From Trichoplax adhaerens (Eukaryota > Animalia > Placozoa), in the NCBI RefSeq assembly GCF_000150275.1, contig NW_002060944.1:9574556-9638555 (forward strand): 64,000 nucleotides of DNA, given 5' to 3'. The number at the start of each line of letters is the position of its first letter. Position 1 is the first letter of the stretch. Of this stretch, positions 52,615 to 64,000 are shown piece after piece. A program made the position numbers and the translations under genes. The notes under the pieces are model-generated. The model searched no databases, was not told the DNA's origin, and worked only from the letters and a program-made list of their open reading frames with translations.

Positions 52615-55600
52615 GAATCCTCTCAGGTAAAATATGAAATATCATATAATAAAAGAACTTAACAGAAAATTCTAAGTCATGAACATCTTTCTTCTTTGCT
52701 TCAATTCATTTGATTTTTGCTGTCATCTAACTGTCGGAACATGTATCTGTAGCCTTAATGAAAACGAGATGTGAGTTGTAGTTGTAAGGGTACTATAACT
52801 ATCTTTTTCAGTGCAGTAACAAATAAACATTTACATTTGTACAGCGTTATTAATGTCCTTTTCCTCTTTTCTGTAATATCTTTCATGACACTCTTACTAC
52901 TGTCACTACTTGGCTTTTCACTGCAGAAGGGAACTATAGTAAGTTAAGCCAGTTTGATCAACTATAGATAGTGTGGTGCCTACATCGACTATAATGCACG
53001 TAGCTATGTAATCCAAATTGATATAAATGTTGAAAAATGACCACTCCCTCTGTTTCTGTCTGTATATTCCATTTATTCTCTTGGGACTCTACACGAAATA
53101 ACACAATTATTATAGCGAAGAGTAAGATTAAAATTATGTTTACTAGTATTAATCTCATATTCCGGCTAAATTTCAACTAATAATACAAATAATTTCTAAT
53201 ATTCTATGCATGGACCTGTTCGTGAAATTTAGATTTTCGGACAAAAGAAGAAGACCCACCAAGTACGATTTGAATAAATTCTGAGATATAAAACTTAATG
53301 TATAAATAATTATAGTAAATGATTATCTAATATTTTTACAGGACATGGTAAGTAGCTCTTCAGGATTCCTTTGATTAATACATTGGTGAAAAAGGTCTTA
53401 ACTCATTCTACTTGTCTTTACCAGTTACGATGGCCCATATTGCCTCGTGAAGTACGGAAAATCAGAGTTCTGCTTATAATACTTTGCTATATCGATATCA
53501 AATTTTTCTTACTATAAAAATAAGTAGCAAGAGTATATTGCAAGAAAATTGCGTACGAGACAATATTTGAAGATGTTTAACGATTGAAATTTTCATGAAA
53601 GCATCATAGCTTGATAATAAAATTAATTCATGCCTGAATACAGTGTTTTGTCATTACAGTACAAAACTATTATCAATTCAATTTGTTTTAGCATATATAG
53701 CATATGAAGATAACAACGTGTATGTTCATTTTTTTTTTATTTCTACTATAATTATCTACTGACTTATTACTGCAATGATCTGATAAATCCTTATTAAGTT
53801 GAAATTTATTTTTAGTAGTACCTGTAACGTAGAGCAAAAATAACCTCTAATTTTAGCAATGTGTACATAAATTTAAGTTTCCGATAGAGTAATAATTATA
53901 TATTTTCTTTTCTTTTATATGCTATTGCTACAATTGGGTATTAAATATAATCCGAAAACAAATACATTCTCAAATTGACAAACAGATCCAGTAGAAATTG
54001 GTAAGTATGATTGCTGTGTCTCATACAGTATACCTTGCTTCTAGTTACAATAATCTAATGAATTATCACTAAAGTAATCACATTTTAAATTATCTATCTA
54101 CCGAGAGAAATTAATCGATAAATTTCATTACATATGTAGTATTATCTTTGCAAGATATCTGACTAAAAATGATTGAATTTAATGTCTGATTGAAAGTTTA
54201 ATTTTAATTGCCCTTAAATATATCTTATGTTAAATGGTAAACATGATTCTAATTAAATGTTTATAAATTGAAACCAAAATTATAAGCTACTGTTAACACT
54301 AATAATGAAACTTATATTTTACTCCTATTCCATATCTTAATAAAAACGAATAATACCAAAGCTGGTAAGATAAATTTTACATACTTACATCCTGCTATTA
54401 TTCAAAATATTTGATTCAATTTATTATAGTCATTTATGGTAAAATTTTAAGACTCGCCATATTATACTATAAATATTTAATGCTTTACAATTGTCTTATA
54501 TGAAATTATGGAATGTTATCCTGTCGATACCAATTATATTTTATTTATTCCACCGTAGCTTCGGGTAAGTATATTAATGATTATGTTTCACGTGTAATTT
54601 CATTCTTTAAGCTATAAAAACAACATTATTTATTAAGAATTAAACTGCAGTCGAAGAGTTTGAAATATGCAAGTATGCATATAATGCTTTGGGTTAGCGC
54701 ACCTAAACTGNNNNNNNNNNNNNNNNNNNNNNNNNNNNNNNNNNNNNNNNNNNNNNNNNNAAATATGAGTTATACGCTATAGAGTATAACTATTTTTATG
54801 ATTACATACAGGCATAACAGTTAGAATAATGTCGTTGTCATTTTAAAGAGAAACCAAATAGTTAATTATTAAACCGAACAAAAGTTGAAATGTTACTATA
54901 ATACTAATCAATATTTGCTTTTAATCATTTATATTATTTTATACTTGATTGATGAACAAACGGTGGTAATTCCCATAGAACTTGGTAAGTGCTATACTGC
55001 TGATAAAAATAAATTAATGATGCATAATTTAGATAAAAATACTATTTTAGTTTTGTACAGTAATATCTTTTTAAAACTAAATACAGTTGCTTCAGCAACT
55101 TTGCTGAAGTGCCATTTTTAAGAATTCAGTTATTACTTATTTTACATAGAATGGCTGGCGATAACAGTTACAGTAAATTTGAGAATAATTGCAATTCGAT
55201 AGCAAGATGCTCTATTGTTTCTGAAATATACTCTAGTATAGCTCTTTCATTATATCTTATTTGAGAATAGATTAATTTAGTCAATCTTATTTGGGGATTA
55301 TTAAGAAAAAGTGGATAGTGTTTAGAATCATATTTGTTATTAACACAGCGTATTGCATAAATTATTAGACATTTCAATTAATTACTTACTAAATATACTT
55401 GTATAGCCACTAGAAGACTATTATATTACTCATTCTGAAATCATTAAGACATATAAATGAATATTAATGCGATATGATTACCTCTAACTATTAAAAATTT
55501 AAAAACAGTCAAAACTATTTTACTACCTTATAGCTCTGTAACAGTTGCAATATCATTTTTTCTATTTCTTTTCTGCTATGAATGCGAACTACTATTCTCA

Positions 55601-58600
55601 ACTACAAACACAAAATTTGCATTTAACAGCTAGTAAGTTATTATCTTCTTATATAATTGATTTCATTTATAATTTTTAACTCGTATATTACAATGTTATG
55701 ATAATAATCTTTCTGAAAGCTAGTATATGAGTATTGGAACGTATGACTACGATACTGTCGTTTGTGTTCTTAAAACAAGAGATTCACAGTAATTGTTATC
55801 AGACACTGTATCTCTAACATCAATTGAGGTTTTTCAATTACAAATTATATAGCAGTCCATGAATTTTAAAATAAAAATTAAATATCTATTGATACCTAAT
55901 CGGGTAATAATTTCGTTTTTTTTATGATCACATTGTTCTTACGATTCGCCATGATATCTTGGTACGAAATATTTATCTATAGTTCGTAAGTATGATGCTA
56001 ATAAGTAAAATAAATTGATAAGAATTGTACGCAAATATCAGAAAACCCTTTCAGAATTTAATATTAATCCATTTTATCAAATATACAATATCACAGTAGT
56101 TAAATAACTAATGCATAATATATAGGAATAATAATTATAGTACGGTCAATCTTTGACCATAATAAAATTCTTTTAGAACGAGTTACCGCGACAATTTCAT
56201 GTGTTTATACACGTATTATTTTAAACTAACATGCGTTAAATGTCACAATTATAATTAGTACTTTCAGTTTGCCTACAGTATCATCAAAATATTAGACGAA
56301 AATCATTATTTAGCTTTGAATTTTTATTGCATTTATAAACGGTAATGTGCAAAATTAAAACTTATCCATGGCATTATTTTAAAAGTGCTATGTATAATTT
56401 ATTTTGTTCCGTTTCATATGTTAACTGAAGTTATTATTTTAGATGCTCTTCCGCTATTAGTAAAATTCATGACTCGTCTAACACATTCTCTTTAATTTAT
56501 TTGTGTTATAAATATCATACCTATCTATTCCCTGGCAATGGTCGCATTAGGATGTAAGTAAAGCAATTAGATATAACTGTAAATGAGAAAATTTATTGTA
56601 ACATGGGTCATTACAGCTTCTAGTAAAAATTATAGTAATATCAATGCAGGATAAACTAATAACACTAATTGTCACTTGCAAAACATCGCAAAACATCGCA
56701 AAACGGAAATTGCAACTGTTGAGTTCGTCGTAACCAACATGCAAAATGCGAAGCTCTTAACTTATTCCTAGTGTTTGGAGCTAACAAAGTCTCTTTTAAT
56801 TGACGTAGTCGTACGATTTATAGTAACGCTAATGCAGTTAATTGAAATTCGGTGCAACATACTATATCATGATCCTTCTAGTTCAAGATCATAAGGAGTA
56901 GCTACTCNNNNNNNNNNNNNNNNNNNNNNNNNNNNNNNNNNNNNNNNNNNNNNNNNNTTATCTTGTTGCAAGCTGTTTTGTGACAGTAGAATATTGCTAT
57001 GAATTACAGTTAGAAAATCAATATGTTCATCACGTACAATAACAACATGACTTAGCAATATTGCTAATATGGAAAGTATATGAACTCAGAATTGTAATGT
57101 ACTTTAATCCAAATATGAGTTATACGCTATAGAGTATAACTATTTTTATGATTACATACAGGCATAACAGTTAGAATAATGTCGTTGTCATTTTAAAGAG
57201 AAACCAAATAGTTAATTATTAAACCGAACAAAAGTTGAAATGTTACTATAATACTAATCAATATTTGCTTTTAATCATTTATATTATTTTATACTTGATT
57301 GATGAACAAACGGTGGTAATTCCCATAGAACTTGGTAAGTGCTATACTGCTGATAAAAATAAATTAATGATGCATAATTTAGATAAAAATACTATTTTAG
57401 TTTTGTACAGTAATATCTTTTTAAAACTAAATACAGTTGCTTCAGCAACTTTGCTGAAGTGCCATTTTTAAGAATTCAGTTATTACTTATTTTACATAGA
57501 ATGGCTGGCGATAACAGTTACAGTAAATTTGAGAATAATTGCAATTCGATAGCAAGATGCTCTATTGTTTCTGAAATATACTCTAGTATAGCTCTTTCAT
57601 TATATCTTATTTGAGAATAGATTAATTTAGTCAATCTTATTTGGGGATTATTAAGAAAAAGTGGATAGTGTTTAGAATCATATTTGTTATTAACACAGCG
57701 TATTGCATAAATTATTAGATATTTCAATTAATTACTTACAAAATATACTTGTATAGCCACTAGAAGACTATTATATTACTCATTCTGAAATCATTAAGAC
57801 ATATAAATGAATATTAATGCGATATGATTACCTCTAACTATTAAAAATTTAAAAACAGTCAAAACTATTTTACTACCTTATAGCTCTGTAACAGTTGCAA
57901 TATCATTTTTTCTATTTCTTTTCTGCTATGAATGCGAACTACTATTCTCAACTACAAACACAAAATTTGCATTTAACAGCTAGTAAGTTATTATCTTCCT
58001 ATATAATTGATTTCATTTATAATTTTTAACTCGTATATTACAATGTTATGATAATAATCTTTCTGAAAGCTAGTATATGAGTATTGGAACGTATGACTAC
58101 GATACTGTCGTTTGTGTTCTTAAAACAAGAGATTCACAGTAATTGTTATCAGACACTGTATCTCTAACATCAATTGAGGTTTTTCAATTACAAATTATAT
58201 AGCAGTCCATGAATTTTAAAATAAAAATTAAATATCTATTGATACCTAATCGGGTAATAATTTCGTTTTTTTTATGATCACATTGTTCTTACGATTCGCC
58301 ATGATATCTTGGTACGAAATATTTATCTATAGTTCGTAAGTATGATGCTAATAAGTAAAATAAATTGATAAGAATTGTACGCAAATATCAGAAAACCCTT
58401 TCAGAATTTAATATTAATCCATTTTATCAAATATACAATATCAGAGTAGTTAAATAACTAATACATAATATATAGGAATAATAATTATAGTACGGTCAAT
58501 CTTTGACCATAATAAAATTCTTTTAGAACGAGTTACCGCGACAATTTCATGTGTTTATACACGTATTATTTTAAACTAACATGCATAAAATGTCACAATT

Positions 58601-61600
58601 ATAATTAGTACTTTCAGTTTACCTACAGTATCATCAAATATTATCATATAAATATATCAAAATATTAGACGAAAATCATTATTTAGCTTTGAATTTTTAT
58701 TGCATTTATAAACGGTAATGTGCAAAATTAAAACTTATCCATGGCATTATTTTAAAAGTGCTATGTATAATTTATTTTGTTCCGTTTCATATGTTAACTG
58801 AAGTTGTTATTTTAGATGCTCTTCCGCTATTAGTAAAATTCATGACTCGTCTAACACATTCTCTTTAATTTATTTGTGTTATAAATATCATACCTATGTA
58901 TTCCCTGGCAATGGTCGCATTAGGATGTAAGTAAAGCCATTAGATATAACTGTAAATGAGAAAATTTATTGTAACATGGGTCATTACAGCTTCTAGTAAA
59001 AATTATAGTAATATCAATGCAGGATAAACTAATAACACTAATTGTCACTTGCAAAACATCGCAAAACGCCGGAAATTGCAACTGTTGAGTTCGTCGTAAC
59101 CAACATGCAAAATGCGAAGCTCTTAACTTATTCCTAGTGTTTGGAGCTAACAAAGTCTCTTTTAATTGACGTAGTCGTACGATTTATAGTAACGCTAATG
59201 CAGTTAATTGAAATTCGGTGCAACATACTATATCATGATCCTTCTAGTTCAAGATCATAAGGAGTAGCTTACTCTTTCATCTTTAAAAATTTTGTCTGTG
59301 ATATGTCTGGTATTGTACACGGTACTATAACAGAGTATATATGTCTATTCGCGGAGAGTGATAATGTCTAATATTGCATCCATGCCCTATTTGCAAAGTA
59401 CATTATTATTTGCAAAACTAAGAAAGCGATACGATTTCAATGAGATACATTCCTTGTTTCATACATATTTTATCATTCAAGTAGTTACAGATATTACCGT
59501 TCGGTATCCTGTAGAAATTCAATCAAACCATATCGCATAAATTTTCGGTCATACTACGAACAACAACACTACTTTCTCTTACTATCTATGTCAAAACACT
59601 AAAGTTGTAATATGTTTAATTTTAACAGTACGGCACAGCTTAAGAAATTTATGATTATAGTGCACTTATTAATACAGCATTTGAGTTTCAGCAGAACCAA
59701 GTAGTAACATCAGCAGAACCAAGTAGTAATTTAAATGACTTCAATTAACTAAGAATTTCTGTTAAAATCTTGCACATTATTGGTATGTTTATTGATTTGA
59801 ATTAGAAGATTTTAATTGGATACGTTAAAATTAATTGTGTAAATAAGGTTGATCTATACTAGTTAATTCAGCAAGAAGAGCAAATACAATGCAGTTATTG
59901 ATTGTGAGTTCTTTAGAAGGATTCTTCTTGAGTATTTTAGTAATAGCTATCTAATCCAGTAGTTTCAGTTTAGGTTAGTAATTTAAGTAAAGTGACAAGA
60001 TAGCGGCTCTATATTATTTAGTAATATATTGTCAGGTATTCCCATACAAATCGATTATGTATGTATTACTATAAGATGTTCCATAATTTATGAATCAAAA
60101 GGAATGTAAAGTCTACAAGTAAATTAAGAATGTATATTTGCTTGCTGTTGTAACGAAAATATGCATATCATTTAATATTTTTTCAATTTAACTAACTTAA
60201 CGTTGTTGGTATTCAAATTTTATCTTAAACTTGAGGGTTTAACACCAATTCTATCATTAAAAGTTGAATGTATGTAATTTCAAACTAAATATTTAATAGA
60301 TGATGTCTATTAGGTAACTATTTTTAATTCCTTTTACTATTGCTCCGCTACCAACGCTGACACCATCTAATAATGCAGTACATCAGCGTAAGATATAATT
60401 ATAATCAATTTACTTAATGCTATTTCATATATTTTTTATGCTTTACTTAATATAACTCTTCATTTTGTTGTATGGTAAGTATTTTAAGCTTATCTTTTTT
60501 ATTAAGAATTATATACGATCGCATTAAGATTGCATTAGATAACTCAATCGTAGGAATGAAAATTATTGGTTTGAATTTTTTATAAATGTTTCAATAGTCT
60601 TAAATTAGGACTGATGTAATCTTTATTAGCACAAATAAATGTAAACCATTTCCGGCTAACAATTTTACATTAATTTCTAATTTGTATGGGCGATTAATAG
60701 CCTATCTAATCTTATTACTTTTAGCGTAAAATTGAGCCTTTAGGTATAGTAAACTTAGTTAGATGATCACAAAACCAGTAACGTGACCTTTTTGCTTATT
60801 ATTGATTATTATAATCACGGAAGGTGATGCAAAAGTCTTTTGGAAAATTATAGGACTGAGATACCATAGTTTATGAATATAATTGCAGATTTCATGCTCT
60901 ATATATTCTTTATAGTTAATGCATAGAAATTTGAAATAATTTATACTAGATATTAGATCGTATCATGCAATTGTCTTTGCATAGTTATGGTTAACTTACA
61001 TTAGGTACATTGCTTACGGTATACGAATACAGTATTATTGTATATATGAACGTATATACTGTTCCTTAACCTCAGTTGAAACTTGCAATAAAAATAAGTA
61101 CCTTTAGAATAAGAATCACATAATATTTAGGGCAGAGCACTTCAGTTTTAAAATAACAGACCTTAATAACATAATAGATGGAAATGTTTGTGTTAATTCG
61201 TATCAAGAAACAGCTTACAATAAATTGATCAGAATCATCAGCTACATATTACTAGGCTAATTTGATGAACTGGCAGTTTATAATATATTGTAGAGTAAGA
61301 TAAAAGATCTCTTCTCTACCTTACACAAAAAATATTATGCATTCATTGATTAAAGTTGTATCAGTTATCTTCAACAAATATTAAAAAAAAATGATTTTTT
61401 TAGACATTTGAAACAATTAAGATTTACTTTTATTTCTTTTTTATATCGACATCTCGTCTTTGCTTTCCTTTGGCAATTTACATTGAATTTACAGAAGCAA
61501 GTAAGTTGCCTATTTAGTATAGATAAATAATAAAGTGTTTAAGCTAGCTGTTCTTATGAGCGCGGTATTTCAGCAAGTATCTATGATCATATACTCGCTA

Positions 61601-63487
61601 AATTTACCTGAAGGAGAGCAAATAGCAGATTACTGATATAGATAATCATCTACACGCTAATGTGAAGTACAGTATCTATGACGTATTTGTTCGATTTATA
61701 CTTTAGTCTCTACGAGAAATTTTAGAGCAATCGACTAAGTGTTTTAGCTTGATAGCGATGTTATATCGATAATGTCTTGGACTGTTTGGGAATACTGAAC
61801 AATCATATATTGCTAGAGCATTGAAATTAATAAAGAATAGGACTAGGCTAGGATTAAATTCTGGAATAACAAAACAAATAATTTTTTAATTTTACTTCAC
61901 TTTTATAATTAATTTTTATGTACGATTCCGAAATTGGGCAATAAAGCGCGTAAGTACAATATTTTATTTACTTTATTTATTTAAATTCTAATAGTACCTT
62001 ATTTACTTATAATTGGATATTTGATATATCTTATTTCTGATATCAGTTACTATTGATAAAGATTTCGAACTTTATTTTAAATTGCTACGATATTAATGCT
62101 TTTATCAACTCTAGCGAAATTAATTGTTTGCATAAAGATTACATTAAACAAATTTGACGACGAGAAAATATGAATTTAGTTTCTACTGCCACACATTATA
62201 CAATTTTATCGCTAAACTACCAGTACTGTAGTTCGTGTGCTTAAGCTACGATAATACTTCACAAATTAGAGCGATATGCGAATAAATTTAATTTTATGCC
62301 TACTATTCAATCTTATGTATGCCATATATAATTGTCCTTCATGCAAAATTGATGATTTTCTAAAAACGAATTGGTCTATCATAAAGTGGGTAAGTATTAC
62401 TTCATAGATTGTTTACCTTTCCTGTCATAAGCGAGATTTTCGTGCAGAATAAATTTTATTTCAGGACTCTGTACCCTATATGTTTAATAATGTATTCATC
62501 CATGATCACGTTCAGTATTATATAGAATCGTAAGCAAGTTGAATTCGTGATTAAATAAGTTGTCATCACACTTTAATCATCTCTAAATAATAGAAGATAT
62601 TTTACGAACTGTTTTGTAAATTAGGTGAAGGTTTCAGAAACTTACCACATTTGCGACACTGAACAATGCTAGACTAAACTACAACGGTCACAGATTATTT
62701 CATTTCAGTCATTATAAAAACAGCAATGTAATGAAACTGCGATAATAGTACAAAGTGCTATACTATAACTTTTAGTATATCCGTAAAGTAAAAATTTCGC
62801 AAGTGGGTCTGTTTACCTAATTGTTAGATAATACGGTTTAGTACTAAGTCCGTTTACGTAATCTGATCATTAATAGTGATTTAGGCTACTCGCATTCATT
62901 TTCAATAATTAATTATATACAATTATTAATATCTTCCAATCATATTCTATGCATTTGAGACAGCATAAATTAAATTTATTACTATGCATAACCTGCGCTA
63001 TATTCTACATGGTCAAGAACGACTATCTATTAAAGTAACATACCTTTGTCAAAATTCAGATATTTTACGAAACTTAAAATAGTAAGATACTGATGTGATT
63101 ATGTATAACTATCAACTAATAGAATTGTCTTACTTTTTAAAATTGCACTTCTATGTCATGAACTGTATGACCATCAACGTCTCAGAGTGTAAGTTAAATA
63201 CTATCAAGCTGAAGTACATTTTACGACTAATTATTTATTGTTTGCTTTATATTATTCAGTATTAATATTCTACAATACGAAATTAATATAGCATTCTTTT
63301 ACCATTTGAACGTTCTGTACTTCATTGCCTATTTCAAATATTTTGCAACCATTCGTATACTACAATTAATCTAGTTTCTCGTAGATATTTTTTGTAGAGT
63401 ATCATTTTTATCTTTATTTTATTAATAATAACTTTCGTATTTTTAATTATGGAATATTTATACTATGCCCACTCGGAATGTTAGATG
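52615..63487 (+). CDS. Putative gene segment made of successive microexons (3-15 nt); both ends unresolved
   Basis: AG|n|GTAA[A/G] units: 52615-52626 (12), 53342-53347 (6), 53986-54000 (15), 54362-54364 (3), 54559-54564 (6), 54979-54984 (6), 55630-55632 (3), 55983-55985 (3), 56551-56553 (3), 60379-60387 (9), 61495-61500 (6), 61947-61949 (3), 62387-62389 (3), 63186-63188 (3), 63485-63487 (3). Phase-1 concatenation is open: xILSGHDPVEIAASELAIRLHQQATLEY. Confidence 0.65.
54761..59273. repeat. Near-identical ~2.15-kb direct duplication (54761-56907 vs 57111-59273); the first copy is flanked by gaps
   Basis: Offset 2350 bp; duplicated ORFs in the track (54885/57235, 55168/57518); scattered SNPs and small indels. 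Confidence 0.92.
56958..56984. mobile_element. 3' end of an LTR family A copy emerging from an assembly gap
   Basis: TTATCTTGTTGCAAGCTGTTTTGTGACA matches the family A terminus and directly follows the N-run. Confidence 0.7.
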
Positions 63488-64000
63488 GTAAGAATTGATA
63501 GAATAAAGGATTTAAAGTTTAGTACTTATCAAAAGTACTATATTTCAATTACATTTACGATCCCTCTTTCTCAATACTAAAAGAAATAGCTACATTTCTG
63601 ATGCCTTTCTCTAATGTCTTTCAGTGTCAATTAAATACTGCAGCATTAACAGAATTCAGCTGGTCATGCCTGCGATAGTATAGAATTAGAAGATCAGGAA
63701 TTGGTATGGTAATCGTTACAAGAAGAAGAGAACACTTAATTTAATCTGAAATACATCATGTATTGCAGTTGATTTTCTTGTAACTTTTAACAAAATTTAG
63801 TGGTAGGTTCTACCTAGCATAATTATAATCTAAGGATAATTTACAACATCTTATAGTGTAGGTTACATTGCGCACGTATTGCTCATAACCAGTAAAACCA
63901 ATGCTCGTTCTATTTTCGTGTACTGCAAGTACACGCACCTATTACTTGGACAACTAACGAGGTTTTGGTTTACTGCTCGTAAATTTGCTTCAATATTGCT

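Noticed and set aside
54885-59540. Duplicated 60-78 aa ORFs in the track
   Set aside because: AT-rich intronic sequence with no protein motifs; they recur only because of the DNA duplication.
59689-59729. 22-bp direct repeat CAGCAGAACCAAGTAGTAA(C/T)
   Set aside because: Only two copies, not 3n, no spacers; not CRISPR-like or coding.
60395-60480. Strong GTAAGT donor at 60475 after a long pyrimidine-rich AG-free tract
   Set aside because: No AG acceptor nearby; at most a dead microexon.
62526-62529. tag|AATC|gtaagc 4-nt microexon candidate
   Set aside because: Not 3n, and another AG lies only ~10 nt upstream, so it lacks the AG-free tract seen at the other sites.

Overview
AT-rich, intron-dense animal genomic DNA with short GT-AG introns; the gene content and style suggest a non-bilaterian such as the placozoan Trichoplax (inference, not verified). 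Contents: (1) the 3' part of an IQCK-like gene (1-1685, +); (2) a giant leucine-rich-repeat GPCR (8027-38719, +) built from a signal-peptide exon, an LRRNT exon, about 64 single-LRR symmetric phase-2 exons and one hinge+7TM exon (~2,000 aa; RXFP/type-C-like hinge but no LDLa); (3) TMEM104 (40838-46325, -; 10 exons); (4) a frameshifted mucin-stalk/FN3 fragment; (5) several solo LTRs with perfect 5-bp TSDs, some nested in each other or in a MITE, plus tandem and probably allelic duplications; (6) most strikingly, an apparently ORF-less region (52.6-63.5 kb) holding a run of about 15 successive 3-15 nt microexon candidates (AG|3n|GTAAG, long AG-free upstream tracts) that join in phase 1 into one open peptide, xILSGHDPVEIAASELAIRLHQQATLEY, continuing beyond the window. 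Most short ORFs in the supplied track are spurious.
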